A DNA stretch of 64,000 nt from Eledone cirrhosa (Eukaryota). The position numbers were made by a program, and so were the translations under genes. The stretch is taken from assembly GCA_964016885.1 (NCBI GenBank), contig OZ024750.1, positions 7,378,001 to 7,442,000 on the forward strand, read 5' to 3'. Shown piece after piece: positions 28,376 through 57,166 of the stretch. Below the pieces are notes generated by a model, which was given only the letters and a program-made list of their open reading frames with translations, ran no database searches and was not told the DNA's origin. Numbering within the stretch: the first letter of the stretch is position 1; each line of letters starts with the position of its first letter.

Positions 28376-29400
28376 CTCCTTCTCCTCCTCCATTTTCTGC
28401 ACTAGCATGGGTTAGACGAGCTGACCAAGTTGTTAGACAAGCCAGGCCGAAGGACCATGTTTTGCTCACACAGAATTGATTTCTATATATTGATTAAATG
28501 GTTTGTCTTTAAGTATTCTTAGAATATTTGTGCATCATTTTACCTTTTTGTGTTTATATGTCTTTCATGAGTTGTATGAAGGTTGTAGAGGTGTTGTATG
28601 TAATTCTGAGAATGTCTGTCTTCTCACTCTCACTGTATGGGGTATGTTTTGCTGCGGAGTTTGATGGTTGGTTGGATTTGTTCTTCTTTAGTATTACTGG
28701 GAAGGAAAGAGATTTGGAAGATGCTACTTTTAGTACTTGGAGTTAGGTTTCTAGGTAGAGTAGGGTTGTGGTGGGGTAGTTATACAGCTAGCTGTTTATG
28801 GAGAATGGTGTCAGAAAGTAGCTACGGTGTTATCTGTATGAAGCTGTGTGTATGCTTTGATTTGAGGAAGGATGGGAAGATTGTGATAAAAACAATATGG
28901 ATGAGAGGACAAACCTTTGTTGTACTCTGTTCAGGAAATTACAGATTCCAAATGTTTGTTTTCTCTAAACTATACATAGCGTTGGCAACCTAATATTTTG
29001 TCAGTATTTTGTGTTGTTTCATAAATAAGTGTTTAGTATTATATATATATCATCATCATGATCTTCGTTTAACGTCCACTTTCCACGCTAGCATGGGTTA
29101 GACGGGAGTTGTCCCACTTGAGGCAAGGTTGGTCGGGTGACCGTGTCTCGCTCATATAGGACTATCTGGCAGGTTTTCTACGGCTGGATGCCCTTCCTAA
29201 CACCAACCACATTTACTGTGTGGAATTGGGAACTTTTTACCGTGTTACCTACACGGCCACATTACAGCGTGGACTGTGTGTTTTTTTTCTTGTGACACCT
29301 ACATGATCTCGATCTCGATCTCATTTATCTTATTTATTTGGACTGGACGTTGTGGTACCAACTTTATAGAGAGAGGGTGGTGTTGATATATATATATATA

Positions 29401-29436
<36 letters not shown>

Positions 29437-29780
29437 AATAAAGGTCACAAATTGGCAGAGTCATTAAGATGTCAGATAGAATGCTTTATGGTATCCGTCC
29501 CACCTCATTGCGCGCTCTGAGTTCAAATCCTGCCACAGTCAACTTTGCCTTTCATCCTTTCGAGGTTGATAAAAAAAGTACCAGTTCAGTACTGGGGTCG
29601 ATTCTTCCTCTATAGAAAAAAATCGGCTGTGTTCAGACATGTAATAACTCTATTACATGTTCCATTCCAGCTAAGAGGCTGAGGCCATGCTGGAGCACTG
29701 AAAACATCAACAAAATCCGTTTATATATTTGACTGCTATTTCTAACAAGCTGAGCGACCATTATAAACAAAATCCGTTTA

Positions 29781-30152
29781 TAATAATAATGATAATAATA
29801 ATAATAATAATAATGAAATTATTGTGTACAGTGCTCAGGTGCACTACAACTCATCAAAGGTGCATGTATAGTACATAGAATAATTTACAAATGTCAGGAA
29901 AGCGAACAGTGTATGAGTATATACATGTGTGCATGTGTATGGAGGGGGGATATCAGGTGTAGTGTTGGCGAATCTCAGGAATCATGGAGATTTTAAAGGA
30001 TGCAGTGTCTCAACAGCTAATAACTGATGCAGGGAGTTTGTTCCATGCTTCAGCAACTCTGAGCGTGACAAAATGTTTCCGAAAGTCATCGGAGCTGTGC
30101 TGTTTTCTGACTTTGTTGGCATGCCCACATGTGTTAGACACATGGAAATCAA
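29781..30152 (-). mobile_element. CR1/L2-clade LINE 3' end, same family
   Basis: Reverse-strand FDFHVSNTCGHANKVRKQHSSDDFRKHFVTLRVAEAWNKLPASVISC with the same 3' UTR and tail. Confidence 0.85.
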
Positions 30153-30312
30153 AAATTATATATTTGACTGCTATTTCTAACAAGCTGAGCAACCATTATA
30201 AAAGTTGTCATTGGTTTGAGCTGTTACTAGAATCTCCTCAGGTTGAATCAAGTTACATTGTTAATTCTCGTAACACTTGTTGGAATGGTATTTAGAGGTT
30301 CTGGCGGTAGTT

Positions 30313-30590
30313 ATAATAATAATAATGAAATGATTGTGTACAGTGCTCAGGTGCACTACAACTCGTCAAAGGTGCATGAATAGTACATAGAATAATACAC
30401 AAATGTCAGGGAAGTGAATAGTGTATGAGTGATGATATACATGTGTGTATGTGTATGGAGGGGGAACATTAGGTGTAGTGTTGGCAAATCTCGGGAAGCA
30501 TGGAGGCCTTAAAGGATGCAGTGTCTCGACAGCTAACAACCGATGCAGGTAGTTTGTTCCATGCTTCAGCAACTCTGAGCGTGAAAAAAT
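30313..30590 (-). mobile_element. CR1/L2-clade LINE 3' end, shorter copy
   Basis: Reverse-strand match to the 3' part of the 1835-2580 element. Confidence 0.85.
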
Positions 30591-30899
30591 GGGGGATTCT
30601 TTAGCTGGTGCCAACTGTCGTGATCATGCTATAGAAAATTCTGATTTTCTCATTGAATTAATAAAAAATACAATAAAAGAATAAATATTTATATTTTGCA
30701 ATTAAATTTTTTTTAAAAACCATAATCTTCCATTTTACAAGTAACTTGAACTTGATCTTAATTAGAGCCTATTGAATGCTAACGAGGAAAAGAATCATAA
30801 TGATTAGACATCCAGAAAAGAATCAATAACATCACAGTCGTTAACTTTTACTTCAGAGTCAACGAGACTCATTAAAAGAATATTAATATTTCCTTTCTT

Positions 30900-31155
30900 T
30901 CTCTCTATATTAGATCATATTAACCCCTCTTACTGCCCCTCTCACCTCCCCTTCTTCCTCTCTATATTAGATCATATTAACCCCTCTTACTGCCCCTCAC
31001 CGCCCCTTCTTTCTCTCTATATTAGATCCTGTCACCCCCTCTTACTTTTCCTCTCACCTCCCCTTCTTCCTCTCTATATTAGATCATGTTAACACCTCTT
31101 ACTCTTCCTCTCACCTCCCCTTCTTTCACTCTATATTAGATCATGTCACCCTCCC
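30900..31155. repeat. ~58-bp tandem repeat, about 4 copies
   Basis: Repeated CTCTATATTAGATCAT.TTAACCCCTCTTACT...CACCTCCCCTTCTT. Confidence 0.85.
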
Positions 31156-31430
31156 TTTTATTTCCTTCTTTTTACCAACTGTTTTGTAACTTTAATTTTT
31201 TTTGTTTCTTCCTGTATTTGTATATTTTGTAATTTTTTCCCTTTTTTTTTGTTTATTACACTCACACACATAAATACATACACACACACACACATAAATA
31301 CATACACACACACACCCACACATAAATACATACACACACACACCCACACATAAATACATACGTGCACACACACACACACACACATAGTTGTATGAAAATG
31401 AAAGAGAACTCAATAATATTTTAAAAGATA

Positions 31431-31436
31431 TTTATT
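31431..31436 (-). promoter_or_regulatory. Candidate TYW5 polyadenylation signal (AATAAA)
   Basis: First minus-strand AATAAA noticed, about 320 nt downstream of the stop. The AT-rich context makes chance occurrence possible. Confidence 0.45.
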
Positions 31437-31493
31437 ATTCACAGAAATAAAATATACATACAACCACTCACACATACATATATATATATATAA

Positions 31494-31697
31494 CAAAGAA
31501 GGTGAGGTAAGACACCAGGTGGGCCATAACGCACCAGAGTACTCGATACTTAGGGTAGTAGAGTGAGTAATAGGAAAAAGTATGACCCCGACGGCTGAGC
31601 TCTGGCTGTTTCGACAGCTAGTTCCGAACTGTTCGAATCTAGCTGTCGAAAGGCCAGGGCTCAGCCGTCGGGGTACTGACTCTTTTCCTATTACCCA
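31494..31697. mobile_element. Fold-back element family, copy 3 (in predicted TYW5 3' UTR)
   Basis: Shared arm plus a ~127-bp imperfect palindrome at 31568-31694. Confidence 0.75.
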
Positions 31698-31755
31698 TGA
31701 ATGTTAAACGGTGATGATGATGATGATGATGATGATGTACACAGTTTCTCAAATA

Positions 31756-32045
31756 TCACGAGTCTCCTCTATTTAATTCTTCTGTATCATCACTCGATTG
31801 TTTTAAATAACATTTCTGTTCAATACGAGAGATCAACAAACGTGCATAAAAATCCTTATATTCGGCAGGTAGAGCATCTAAAGTTTTGATAGCTCGGTCA
31901 ACGATTTGTGTAGCACTTCTCACTGCTAAAGGGTCTTTATTTCCATAAGGATCTTTAGGGTTATATAGTGAAGGGTCCAGATGTTTCCAGAAAACATTCA
32001 CAGCAATTCCAAACTCTTCTGAGATAACATTGTGAAACCACAGAG
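31756..32045 (-). CDS. TYW5: TYW5 exon 7 (terminal coding exon)
   Basis: CAG acceptor; [13 protein letters not shown]...[18 protein letters not shown]...GDS*, stop TGA ending at 31756. Confidence 0.95.
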
Positions 32046-35000
32046 CTGAAATATAAGTGAGGTCAATGTTTTAATGTCCATCACAGCCAATATATCAATA
32101 AATCAATAAATATTTAGAAATATATCATCATCATTATTTTACGTCCGCTTTTCCCTGCTTGCAAGGGTGGGACGGGTCCTATTCAGCACAGCATCTCTCT
32201 ACGGTCCTTCGTCATCTCCTCCTTGAGCTTCAGCGATCTGAGGTCTGTTCTCACTACCTCCACCCACTTATCCCTCTTATACCCAGTTTCTATCTCAACT
32301 CATCTATGCTTGGTCGTTCCCACACATTGACATTACACATCCATCGGAGCATGCTTGTTTCGTTTCTCTCCAGCTGTCGCATATCCTCTGCAGTTGCTGC
32401 CCATGTCTCACTACCATGCAACATCGCGCATCTCACACAGGCATCATATAATAATACATATAAATATATATATATGAGTAAAAATTTGTATTCAAAATGA
32501 TGACATTTACCTGGAATAAAGAGAATGTCACCTGGTTCTAGGACACATTCATAACGAGTTGCTTTCACAAATAAAGGAAACTTCTCCATGTTTATATTAT
32601 CAATGTCTAAAACTGTAGATTTACCATCTGGAATAGACAGAAATAAACATAATTGAATATTGTAAAATAAAACAACAACAATACCACCATCACCAACAGC
32701 ACTTCAGTCCCACCACAAGCACCAATAACAACAACAATAACACCAGCACCCCACCAATAGCACCAACAATAGAACCACCACCACCAATAGCACCAACAAT
32801 AACATCATGCTGCCACCACCACCACTGCCCTCCACCCCCACCACCAACATATATATATATATATATATACAAAGTGAAAACACAAAAGACCAATCTGTAT
32901 ATTAAAATAACATTATATCTATTGTGGAATAAAACAACAAACACATATAAAACACAAATGAAAAACAAATAATTCACAATTAAAAAAACCCAAACAACAA
33001 AATTGCCCGTGGATTGGCTGTATCAGTAGAGGGTCGGACGCCATGCTTTGCAGCATAGAGTTGTGGCCCTTTACGACCGGAGTCCAAATCTCTGAGGTTA
33101 ACTTTGCCTTTCATCCTTACGGGCTTGATAAAATAAAGTACCAGTAATGCACTGAGGTAATTGCTGGCCTTGTGCCAAAAGTAGAAACAATTATTTGTTC
33201 TTTACTAAAAGTGAAAGATGTTAGAATGTAGTTACCTTGGAGATAAAGGTTGTGAGCATCTTGGGGACTAAACAACACCACTCTTTTATGGCCCTTTATT
33301 TGCATCAAGATATTATCCATAATCTATATAAAATATAAATTTGCATATATTAATCCTTTAGCCTTTAAATCGGCCATATCCGGCCAGAATTCTATCACCT
33401 TTTTCTGTTCAAACTAGCTGCTCATACTGACATTAAGGTATTGTTCTCAAAATAAATAATATCAAAATCTTATAGATTTGATATTATGTGAAGTAAAGCC
33501 TTTACTTTGAAAATATAATACTATATAGAGAGTAATGTGAATGCTAAAGGCTTAAGGTATTGTTCTTAAAATAAATAATATCAAAATCTCATAGGTTCGA
33601 TATTATGTGAGGTAAAGTGTTTACTGTGAAAATACAATAGTAAACATAGAGTAATGTAAATGCTAAAGTGTTAAAGGAGTGCTTCAGCTTTGCCTTATAT
33701 ACATACATACATAAATATATATATTGGGCTTGCAATCATGAAATTGTGAGTTCGATTCTTGGACCGGATGATGTGTTGTGTCCTTGAGCAAGACACTTTA
33801 TTTCATGTTGCTCTAGTTTACTCAACTGTAGAAATGAGTTGCGACATCACTGGTGACAAGCTGTATCGGCCATAGCCTTTCCCTTGGACATCATCGGTGG
33901 CGTGGAGTGGGGAGACTGGTATACATGGGTAACTGCTAGTTATCCACAAACAACTTTGCCTGGACTTGTACCCAGGAAGGGAACTTTCTAGGTAAAAATT
34001 CATGACTGAAGGTGTTCTTTACTCTTTATATATAATGCATACAAGATTTCACAGCTCTAGGATGACTTCTTCATAGTCAGTCTATAAACTTAACAGCTGG
34101 CCCATATAGAAGAGATAAAAACTTACATCATAGTGTGTCCACAGTTGGGTTGACTTTGAGGCAATACGAAAGACACTGGAGAAAAAGGATTTGGCAGGAA
34201 AAAGATCTGGAATGTTCAAGTCCTTTGCTAGCTCTGGAAATTGTTCTTCAATATTTGCAACAGTATTTCGTGGATCGTCTCCTAATGATCGAAGGTAATA
34301 TTTCTCTTCCTAAAGAATAAATAAATAAGGTGACATGACAAAAACTGCCCAGTCCACACTGTAAAATGGTTGTGCAGGTAACATGACAAAAACTGAAAAT
34401 GAGCATTAAATGATGATGATGATATTTAGAAATAAACTCACAGGAGAGATGAAATAATCTTCATTGGTATCTTGTGAGGCTCGTTTCACCAGTTCTGAGA
34501 ACGGTAAAGTTCTGCAATGGAACAACAGAAAACAAGAATTCTAAGAAACATTTAGTTGATAATGAAATAGAGAGAATATAGTGCAGAGAGGACTCTATAG
34601 TCTGGTTGAGCACATGACAACATCTCTTGAGTTGGGGCCTTTATAAAATGCACCCAGTACACTCTGTAAAGTAGTAGTAGTACAGGTACTGGTGCCACAA
34701 CAGAATGTGTACTTTCGGAACTAGAAGAAAATAGCGTTATACTTAGAATGAGTGACTAACCAAATGTCAATGCTGTTTAAGTCTTATTATTGTTCAAGAC
34801 ATTGCGCTTTGAATGTCACATGGGTACAAGATATAAACAAAATTTAACTTCTTCTAGATTAGAAAATAGACAACGAATTGGCAGAGTTGTTAAAACGTTG
34901 GATAGAATGCTTTATGATATTTGTTCTGGCTCTCTGCTCTCAGAGTTCTTTCGCGGTCAATAAAAAAAGTACCAGTCTAGTACTGGGGTTGATTTTTCCT

Positions 35001-35490
35001 CTCTCTCACTTTCTATCCTTCTCTGGAAGAAATCTGCTGTACTCAGGCCTGGAGAATGCCCAAGAAACACCCCCGGGAGTTACGGGACCACACTTAACAC
35101 TCACACTTTTAATACCCACTGGGAGTTAAGACCCACACTTTGAAAAAAAATTAAACTTACCGATAAAGAAAATTTTTACTTAAAAAATCCATCTGTGGGT
35201 TTTCTGAGACATGGATAGTAACAGTTTTATCTCCAGCCTGTGATATCAAATACTCTACAGTCCATTTGCTGGTACACGCACCCAGAGGTAATCCTTTCAA
35301 CACAACTGGAACACGCTGTTATTGAAGAAGGGAGTAGTATGTGAATACTTCATATAAACAGTCTCCCCCCTCTCTCTCTATATATATATACACACCTATC
35401 TCTACACCCACTCTGCATCTTCTCATGCATTGAGTACTCCCATGATTTGTGGTCTCCTCGGTCTCAGCACCGCAGACTCTATATATACAC

Positions 35491-35536
<46 letters not shown>

Positions 35537-36905
35537 AACGGAGAAAGCTATTAGCGATACCCCGACCAATAGTCTCCACAATATTCAAAATATAATTTGA
35601 GGAAAATTTGTTGTTTAGAATCAGGTTAGCTCTGATCTAACAGAACTTTAATACAAGGCGTTCTATCCATGACCATACTATTAGTTTATTTATCAGCAAT
35701 TACATTGTCCGATGTATTTTTATATTTAAATCAATTGTGTGTTATGGGTCGATCTGGCTGCTGTTTTTAGCAGGTTGAGAGACCAGTGTCTTTTTTTAGC
35801 AGGAGTTATTTCCCTTGCCAATCAAGTTTATCGTGAAGTTAGTTATAATAGTTGAAGTCTGTCCCTAGACATCAGGCCGGTGGTTATCTCCGGTTTAACT
35901 TTCTCAGAGTACAACCACCCGCTCCCGAGCTATAGCTGATACATATTTTAAGCTGAATGTAATGGAACAGCGTGAAATTAAGTGTTTTGCTCTAGAACAG
36001 ACGCTCTTGAACAATAAAACACCTTACAGGACTACAGAAGATATTTTCGGAAGAAATAAAATTACTGAATCCCCCAAACACCAGCTCGCCCCCCTGACAC
36101 AAATGTTACTTTTTTATTTTAAAATTAAACGCTAAATCCTGATTTGTTTCCAATCAGGTCTGCTTCATTTTTCGTTACATGTAAAACTATTTGACGCTTT
36201 ATTTATATTCATGTTATATACATATCACTAGCTTCATTGTGTGTGAACCCAAGAGGGAAATTCAAACTTAATGAACTCTAACACTCAATAATTCCCTATG
36301 TAATATAACAAAAAGTATTAGAGGGAGGCCTTGGCACCCCTTGTGGTGTGAGTAGCCGATTGGCAGTATCGGTAGAGCGTCAAACACCATGTTTTGCAAC
36401 ATAGAGTTATGGCCCTTCACGTGCTGAATTCAAATCCAACCGAGGTTAACTTTGCCTTTCATCCTTACGGGATCGATAAAATAAAGCACCAGTCATACAC
36501 TAGGGTCGATTTAAACGACTTCCCCCTCCCATAAAATTGCTGGCCTTGTGCCTAAACCAGAAACCATTATTTAGTGTTGAATTAATATTTTCTTTTGTTT
36601 TTATTTTATATTTTAATGTAAAATATTTATGTAATTAAGTATTGTATATATTATTTATGTGTAAATATAAATATTCTTGTTTTCGTTGTAAACATTAAAA
36701 ATATCTTTAATATAACACGTGTTCTGTGCGCAGGCGCACGCTGTACGAGACAGAAATTAAACACAAATTTAAACAAAAACTTGTATCACAGTACCTTCGG
36801 ATATATCACATTTTTAAATTCATCACAAGAAATATCAGAAATATGTTGAAGATGTTTAATGTGTGTCTTCCAATCACAATTTTTACAACTTGAGCCGGCT
36901 GCCAT
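31756..36905 (-). CDS. TYW5: tRNA wybutosine-synthesizing protein 5 (JmjC Fe(II)/2OG hydroxylase), 7 exons, 337 aa: complement(join(31756..32045,32511..32627,33236..33323,34127..34309,34442..34511,35161..35315,36795..36905))
   Basis: Manual splicing at GT-AG sites with consistent phases gives a 1014-nt open frame: MAAGSS...[29 protein letters not shown]...[22 protein letters not shown].../[14 protein letters not shown]...[40 protein letters not shown].../...[33 protein letters not shown]...DPYGNKDP...YKDFYAR. This matches TYW5 as recalled. The JmjC HxD (THYD) and distal His (WFH) are intact. Confidence 0.96.
32124..32450 (-). mobile_element. RTE-clade LINE 3' fragment with internal deletion, in TYW5 intron 6
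   Basis: [38 protein letters not shown] plus the same 3' tail as the 57167 copy. Confidence 0.88.
32511..32627 (-). CDS. TYW5: TYW5 exon 6
   Basis: CAG acceptor, GTAAAT donor, 117 nt: [39 protein letters not shown]. Confidence 0.95.
33236..33323 (-). CDS. TYW5: TYW5 exon 5
   Basis: TAG acceptor, GTAAC donor, 88 nt: [29 protein letters not shown]. Confidence 0.95.
34127..34309 (-). CDS. TYW5: TYW5 exon 4 (contains JmjC HxD motif)
   Basis: TAG acceptor, GTAAGT donor, 183 nt: [14 protein letters not shown]...QLWTHYD. Confidence 0.96.
34442..34511 (-). CDS. TYW5: TYW5 exon 3
   Basis: CAG acceptor, GTGAGT donor, 70 nt: [23 protein letters not shown]. Confidence 0.93.
35161..35315 (-). CDS. TYW5: TYW5 exon 2
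   Basis: CAG acceptor, GTAAGT donor, 155 nt: [52 protein letters not shown]. Confidence 0.95.
36727..36738. promoter_or_regulatory. NRF1/EWG/P3A2-type binding motif TGCGCAGGCGCA
   Basis: Matches the NRF1 GCGCANGCGC consensus; a GC island in very AT-rich sequence, about 60 bp into TYW5 intron 1. Confidence 0.55.
36795..36905 (-). CDS. TYW5: TYW5 exon 1 ([37 protein letters not shown])
   Basis: ATG at 36905-36903, 111 nt, donor GTACTG; the end aligns to the recalled TYW5 N-terminus (F...YP). Confidence 0.88.
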
Positions 36906-37358
36906 TGAGAATAAAAACTAACCGGTGTAATGACCTCTCATTAATCCCTATAATCTTGGGACGGTTAAAAATCCAACATTTTTGTAATATTTTTATTTCT
37001 TCGCATTTTAAGACTAGCTAAGCGTTATAATTTATCATTTTAGTTAAGCGAGAGACAGAGGTAATATAACAGGAACAATTTGTATTCAGGTTTAGACTAG
37101 CTTGAAATCTTTTTACCGGTCCATTTGATAATAAGTCCCTCTTGACATTTCTACTGAAAACTGCAATGTAATCTATCTTAACACAATACAGAAATAAATA
37201 TTATATATTGTAATTTTTATTTTATAAATTACTTTAAATGATTATTTTTACATGAATATTTATCTTAATGTACTTCAAATTAAAAAAGCAAAATATCAGT
37301 ATAGTTATAAAGACTAAACCGGTAACCGGTGTAAGGACGTCTTACGTAAACATATAGC
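36906..37358. promoter_or_regulatory. Bidirectional promoter and 5' UTR region shared by TYW5 and MAIP1
   Basis: 453 bp between divergent ATGs, free of repeats, with TAACCGGTGTAA at 36919 and 37323. Confidence 0.75.
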
Positions 37359-54080
<16,722 letters not shown>

Positions 54081-54828
54081 TGAGTGCAGCTAATTAGTAG
54101 TACAGGTAAATTTCTACTTTTTCTTCTTCATCCACTTATTCCTGAGAGGGTTGTGGGTGGCAGAGTTATCAAACATTCTTTCCAACGGGTCCTGTCAGAA
54201 GCAACCATCTCCAACTGATCTAGCCAAGCTCCTGGATGTTATCCAACCATCTTGCTCAGGATCTACCCCTGGGTCTCCTACCGGTTGTTTTTTCTTTTAA
54301 AATCTGTAAATGTATTACTATTATTTCAAGTTTGCTCAGTTCTTAGACTGGTGATGGTATTTAACCTGTTGACCTGTCAAATAAACTAGTAACTCCATCT
54401 AGCTTTGAAGTTATGAACTGTTGGAAATGAGTTCAAACATGTTAGGATGAGTTATCTCGTCCGTGGCACTGGAATGCATATATGTTAGGACAAGTTATGT
54501 CATCTACGGCACTGAAGACATTAATCTCCCAATCAAGTCAAATGACTTCATACCTTTAATATTCCACTCGTTTCTCTCAACTCACTCACGTTCCATATTC
54601 TTCATACATGTTTTTTATTTCTATTTTTCAACCTAGCATACAAGTGACTTTCCTCAGTGACCTCTGGTGACAACAACAGTATATCTATCTATTACAAGAG
54701 ACACAATCAACCATTGAAAATGGAAAATAGAAATTCTTAAGAAATATTTGCTCCTGGACAACTAAGCATTAAAATTCTTTTTAAATATTTTCTTTCAATT
54801 TATTTTATTTTATCTTTTATTGAAATTG

Positions 54829-54834
54829 AATAAA
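54829..54834 (+). promoter_or_regulatory. Candidate MAIP1 polyadenylation signal
   Basis: AATAAA followed by a T/GT-rich downstream stretch. An earlier AATAAA near 54380 is an alternative. Confidence 0.45.
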
Positions 54835-55114
54835 CTTCATAATTGAAATCTGTTTTATTTTTTTTGATTTGTGGTAATTGGCAGTTGGCATTCTCTATTT
54901 AATGTTATATCATTGTCGTTGTTGTTGTTGTCATCGTCATTTTCGTCATCATCATCATCATCATTAACACCGTCATCACCCTGCGGCTATTTTTCCATGA
55001 TGCTTGGGTTGGATGGGTTGTCATGTTATAAGACAAGTCAGGTTAGGTGACCACATTTTGCTCATACAGATCTGTGGTTTCTACAGCTAGATGCTCTTCC
55101 TAACATCAACTACT

Positions 55115-55378
55115 TTACAGTATGGACTGGGTGCATTTTGTCGTGGCACCAACATGACCACTGTACAGAGTGAACTGGGGGCTTTTTGGTGTGGCACCAA
55201 CATGAGCACTGTACAGGGTGGACTGGGGGCTTTTTGGTGTGGCACCAACATGACCACTGTACAGGGTGGACTGGGGGCTTTTTGGTGTGGCACCAACATG
55301 AGCACTGTACAGGGTGGACTGGGGGCTTTTTGGTGTGGCACCAACATGACCACTGTACATGGTGGACTGGGTGCTTTT
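55115..55378 (-). repeat. 48-bp minisatellite, about 5.5 copies, from the same SINE segment
   Basis: Unit GGACTGGGGGCTTTTTGGTGTGGCACCAACATGACCACTGTACAGGGT, adjoining a reverse-strand Meta-like SINE. Confidence 0.9.
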
Positions 55379-55599
55379 AATAATCCTCATTTTATGTCCT
55401 CTTTCCATGGTGGCATGGGCTGGACAGTATATATATAACCCAGTATATATATATATAACCCATGCTAGCATGGAAAATGGACGTTAAACGAAGATGATGA
55501 TGATGATGATATGTAGTATGTTTAATATAGAAATGGATTCTACAGGACTAGAACTGTTTCATTCAAAATAAATCATCAGGAAAGCCCTGATGATTTCTT

Positions 55600-56117
55600 T
55601 TGCATTTAAATCGGCTATATCCGGCCTTAATTCTCTCACCTTTTACTGCTCAAACCAGCTATAACTGGGTACTCATACCGATATTAAGGTATTGTTCCCA
55701 AAATAAATAATTGTTTCTACTTTTGGCACAAGGCCTGCAATTACCCAGTACATTACTGGTACTTTATTTTATCGACCCCCGTAAGGATGAAAGGCAAAGT
55801 TAACCTCAGCGGGATTTGAACTCAGACCGTAAAGGGACGTAACTATGTTGCTAAGCATGGCGTCCGACCCTCTACCGATATTGCCAAATCTCATAGACTT
55901 GATATTATGTGAGATAAACCCTTTACTGTGCAAATACAATAGTATATATAGAGTAATGTAAATGTTATGTGAGATATTATGTGAGATAAACCCTTTACTG
56001 TGAAAATACAATAGTATATATAGAGTAATGTAAATGTTATGTGAGATATTATGTGAGATAAACCCTTTACTGTGAAAATACAATAGTATATATAGAGTAA
56101 TGTAAATGTTAAAGGGT
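55600..56117. mobile_element. piggyBac-like MITE with inserted SINE (~55708-55890) and internal ~72-bp tandem triplication
   Basis: MITE-homologous flanks ending AAAGGG-TTAA; repeated GATATTATGTGAGATAAACCCTTTACTGTG unit at ~55900-56108. Confidence 0.7.
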
Positions 56118-56804
56118 TAAACATGATGTTTATGCTCTACTAATGTATTGAGTATTTTACTTGGTTGCTGTTGTTGCTTCTGTGTTAATGTTTGTTGTTG
56201 TTATTGCTGCTGCTACTGTTGTTATTATTGGTGCTGTTGATGTTATTGTTGTTATTGCTGCTGCTGTTGTTGTTGTTGTTATTGTTGCTTCTCTGTTAAT
56301 GTTTGTTGTTGGTATTGCTGTTGTTGTTGTTGTTGTAGTTTCTTCTATTTGTCCTCAACCTTTGTTAGGGTCTATTACTGCTGTTTCCGTTGTGAATTTC
56401 TCTAAATTTGTGGAAGCAGATCATTGCCCCCCTCCCCCATCAACATCTTCCTCACCTCCACCCTCTTTCTATCTCTCTCTCTTCTTTTCTTCTTTTCTTT
56501 CTATTTACTTAAATTAAAGAATATTGTTTAAATATTGTTTAATTATTAGATTTATATTGTCACAAAACAATTATCTGACGCTGTTTTGACATCTTTACAA
56601 TATTTCATCTATTTTCTTATTAATTGGACACAAATATACATACATACACATACATATACATACACATACATACACATACACACACATGTACAGACACATG
56701 CATACACACATGTACAGACACACATACATACACACATACACACATAACATATCTGATCTTACACAGACATACACAGGTACAGAGACACCCACACATACAC
56801 TCTT

Positions 56805-56843
<39 letters not shown>

Positions 56844-56982
56844 CACACTTGTACACATATACACCATGGTAATGTTAGAGTTGTTAACTTCTAGAACTAT
56901 AAACGACAACAAACGCATTGCCGACAAAGGGAGCACTCAATACTGGGAGTAAATAGTAGTCATATATGTGTTTATATATATA

Positions 56983-57150
56983 CTGTATTTTCCGGCATCG
57001 AAGATGTTACTTTTTTCCTAAAATAAATCTAAAAAATCTACCGTGGGTCCCGGCGACCGTAGGTTGTTTATTATTTTTTTTCAAATTTTTGGTTGTCATA
57101 ATTAGGTTGTGTCCTCGAGGACGAAGTGTCTTTGGCACTGGGAAATATGG
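56983..57150. mobile_element. Tc1/pogo-type MITE, second copy
   Basis: TA-CTGTATTTTCCGGC...CACTGGGAAATATGG-TA; homologous to 800-1172. Confidence 0.75.
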
Positions 57151-57166
57151 TATATATATATATATA

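Noticed and set aside
28460-29035. Strand-biased segment resembling a retroelement ORF on the minus strand
   Set aside because: No long open frame and no recognisable motif; cannot be assigned without a database search.
32290-32510. TYW5-RTE fusion ORF (32290..32589)
   Set aside because: Chance in-frame read-through from exon 6 past its GT donor into an intronic LINE fragment.
55570-55596. 11-bp inverted repeat containing CTGATGA
   Set aside because: An isolated short hairpin without the rest of a hammerhead or C/D-box context.
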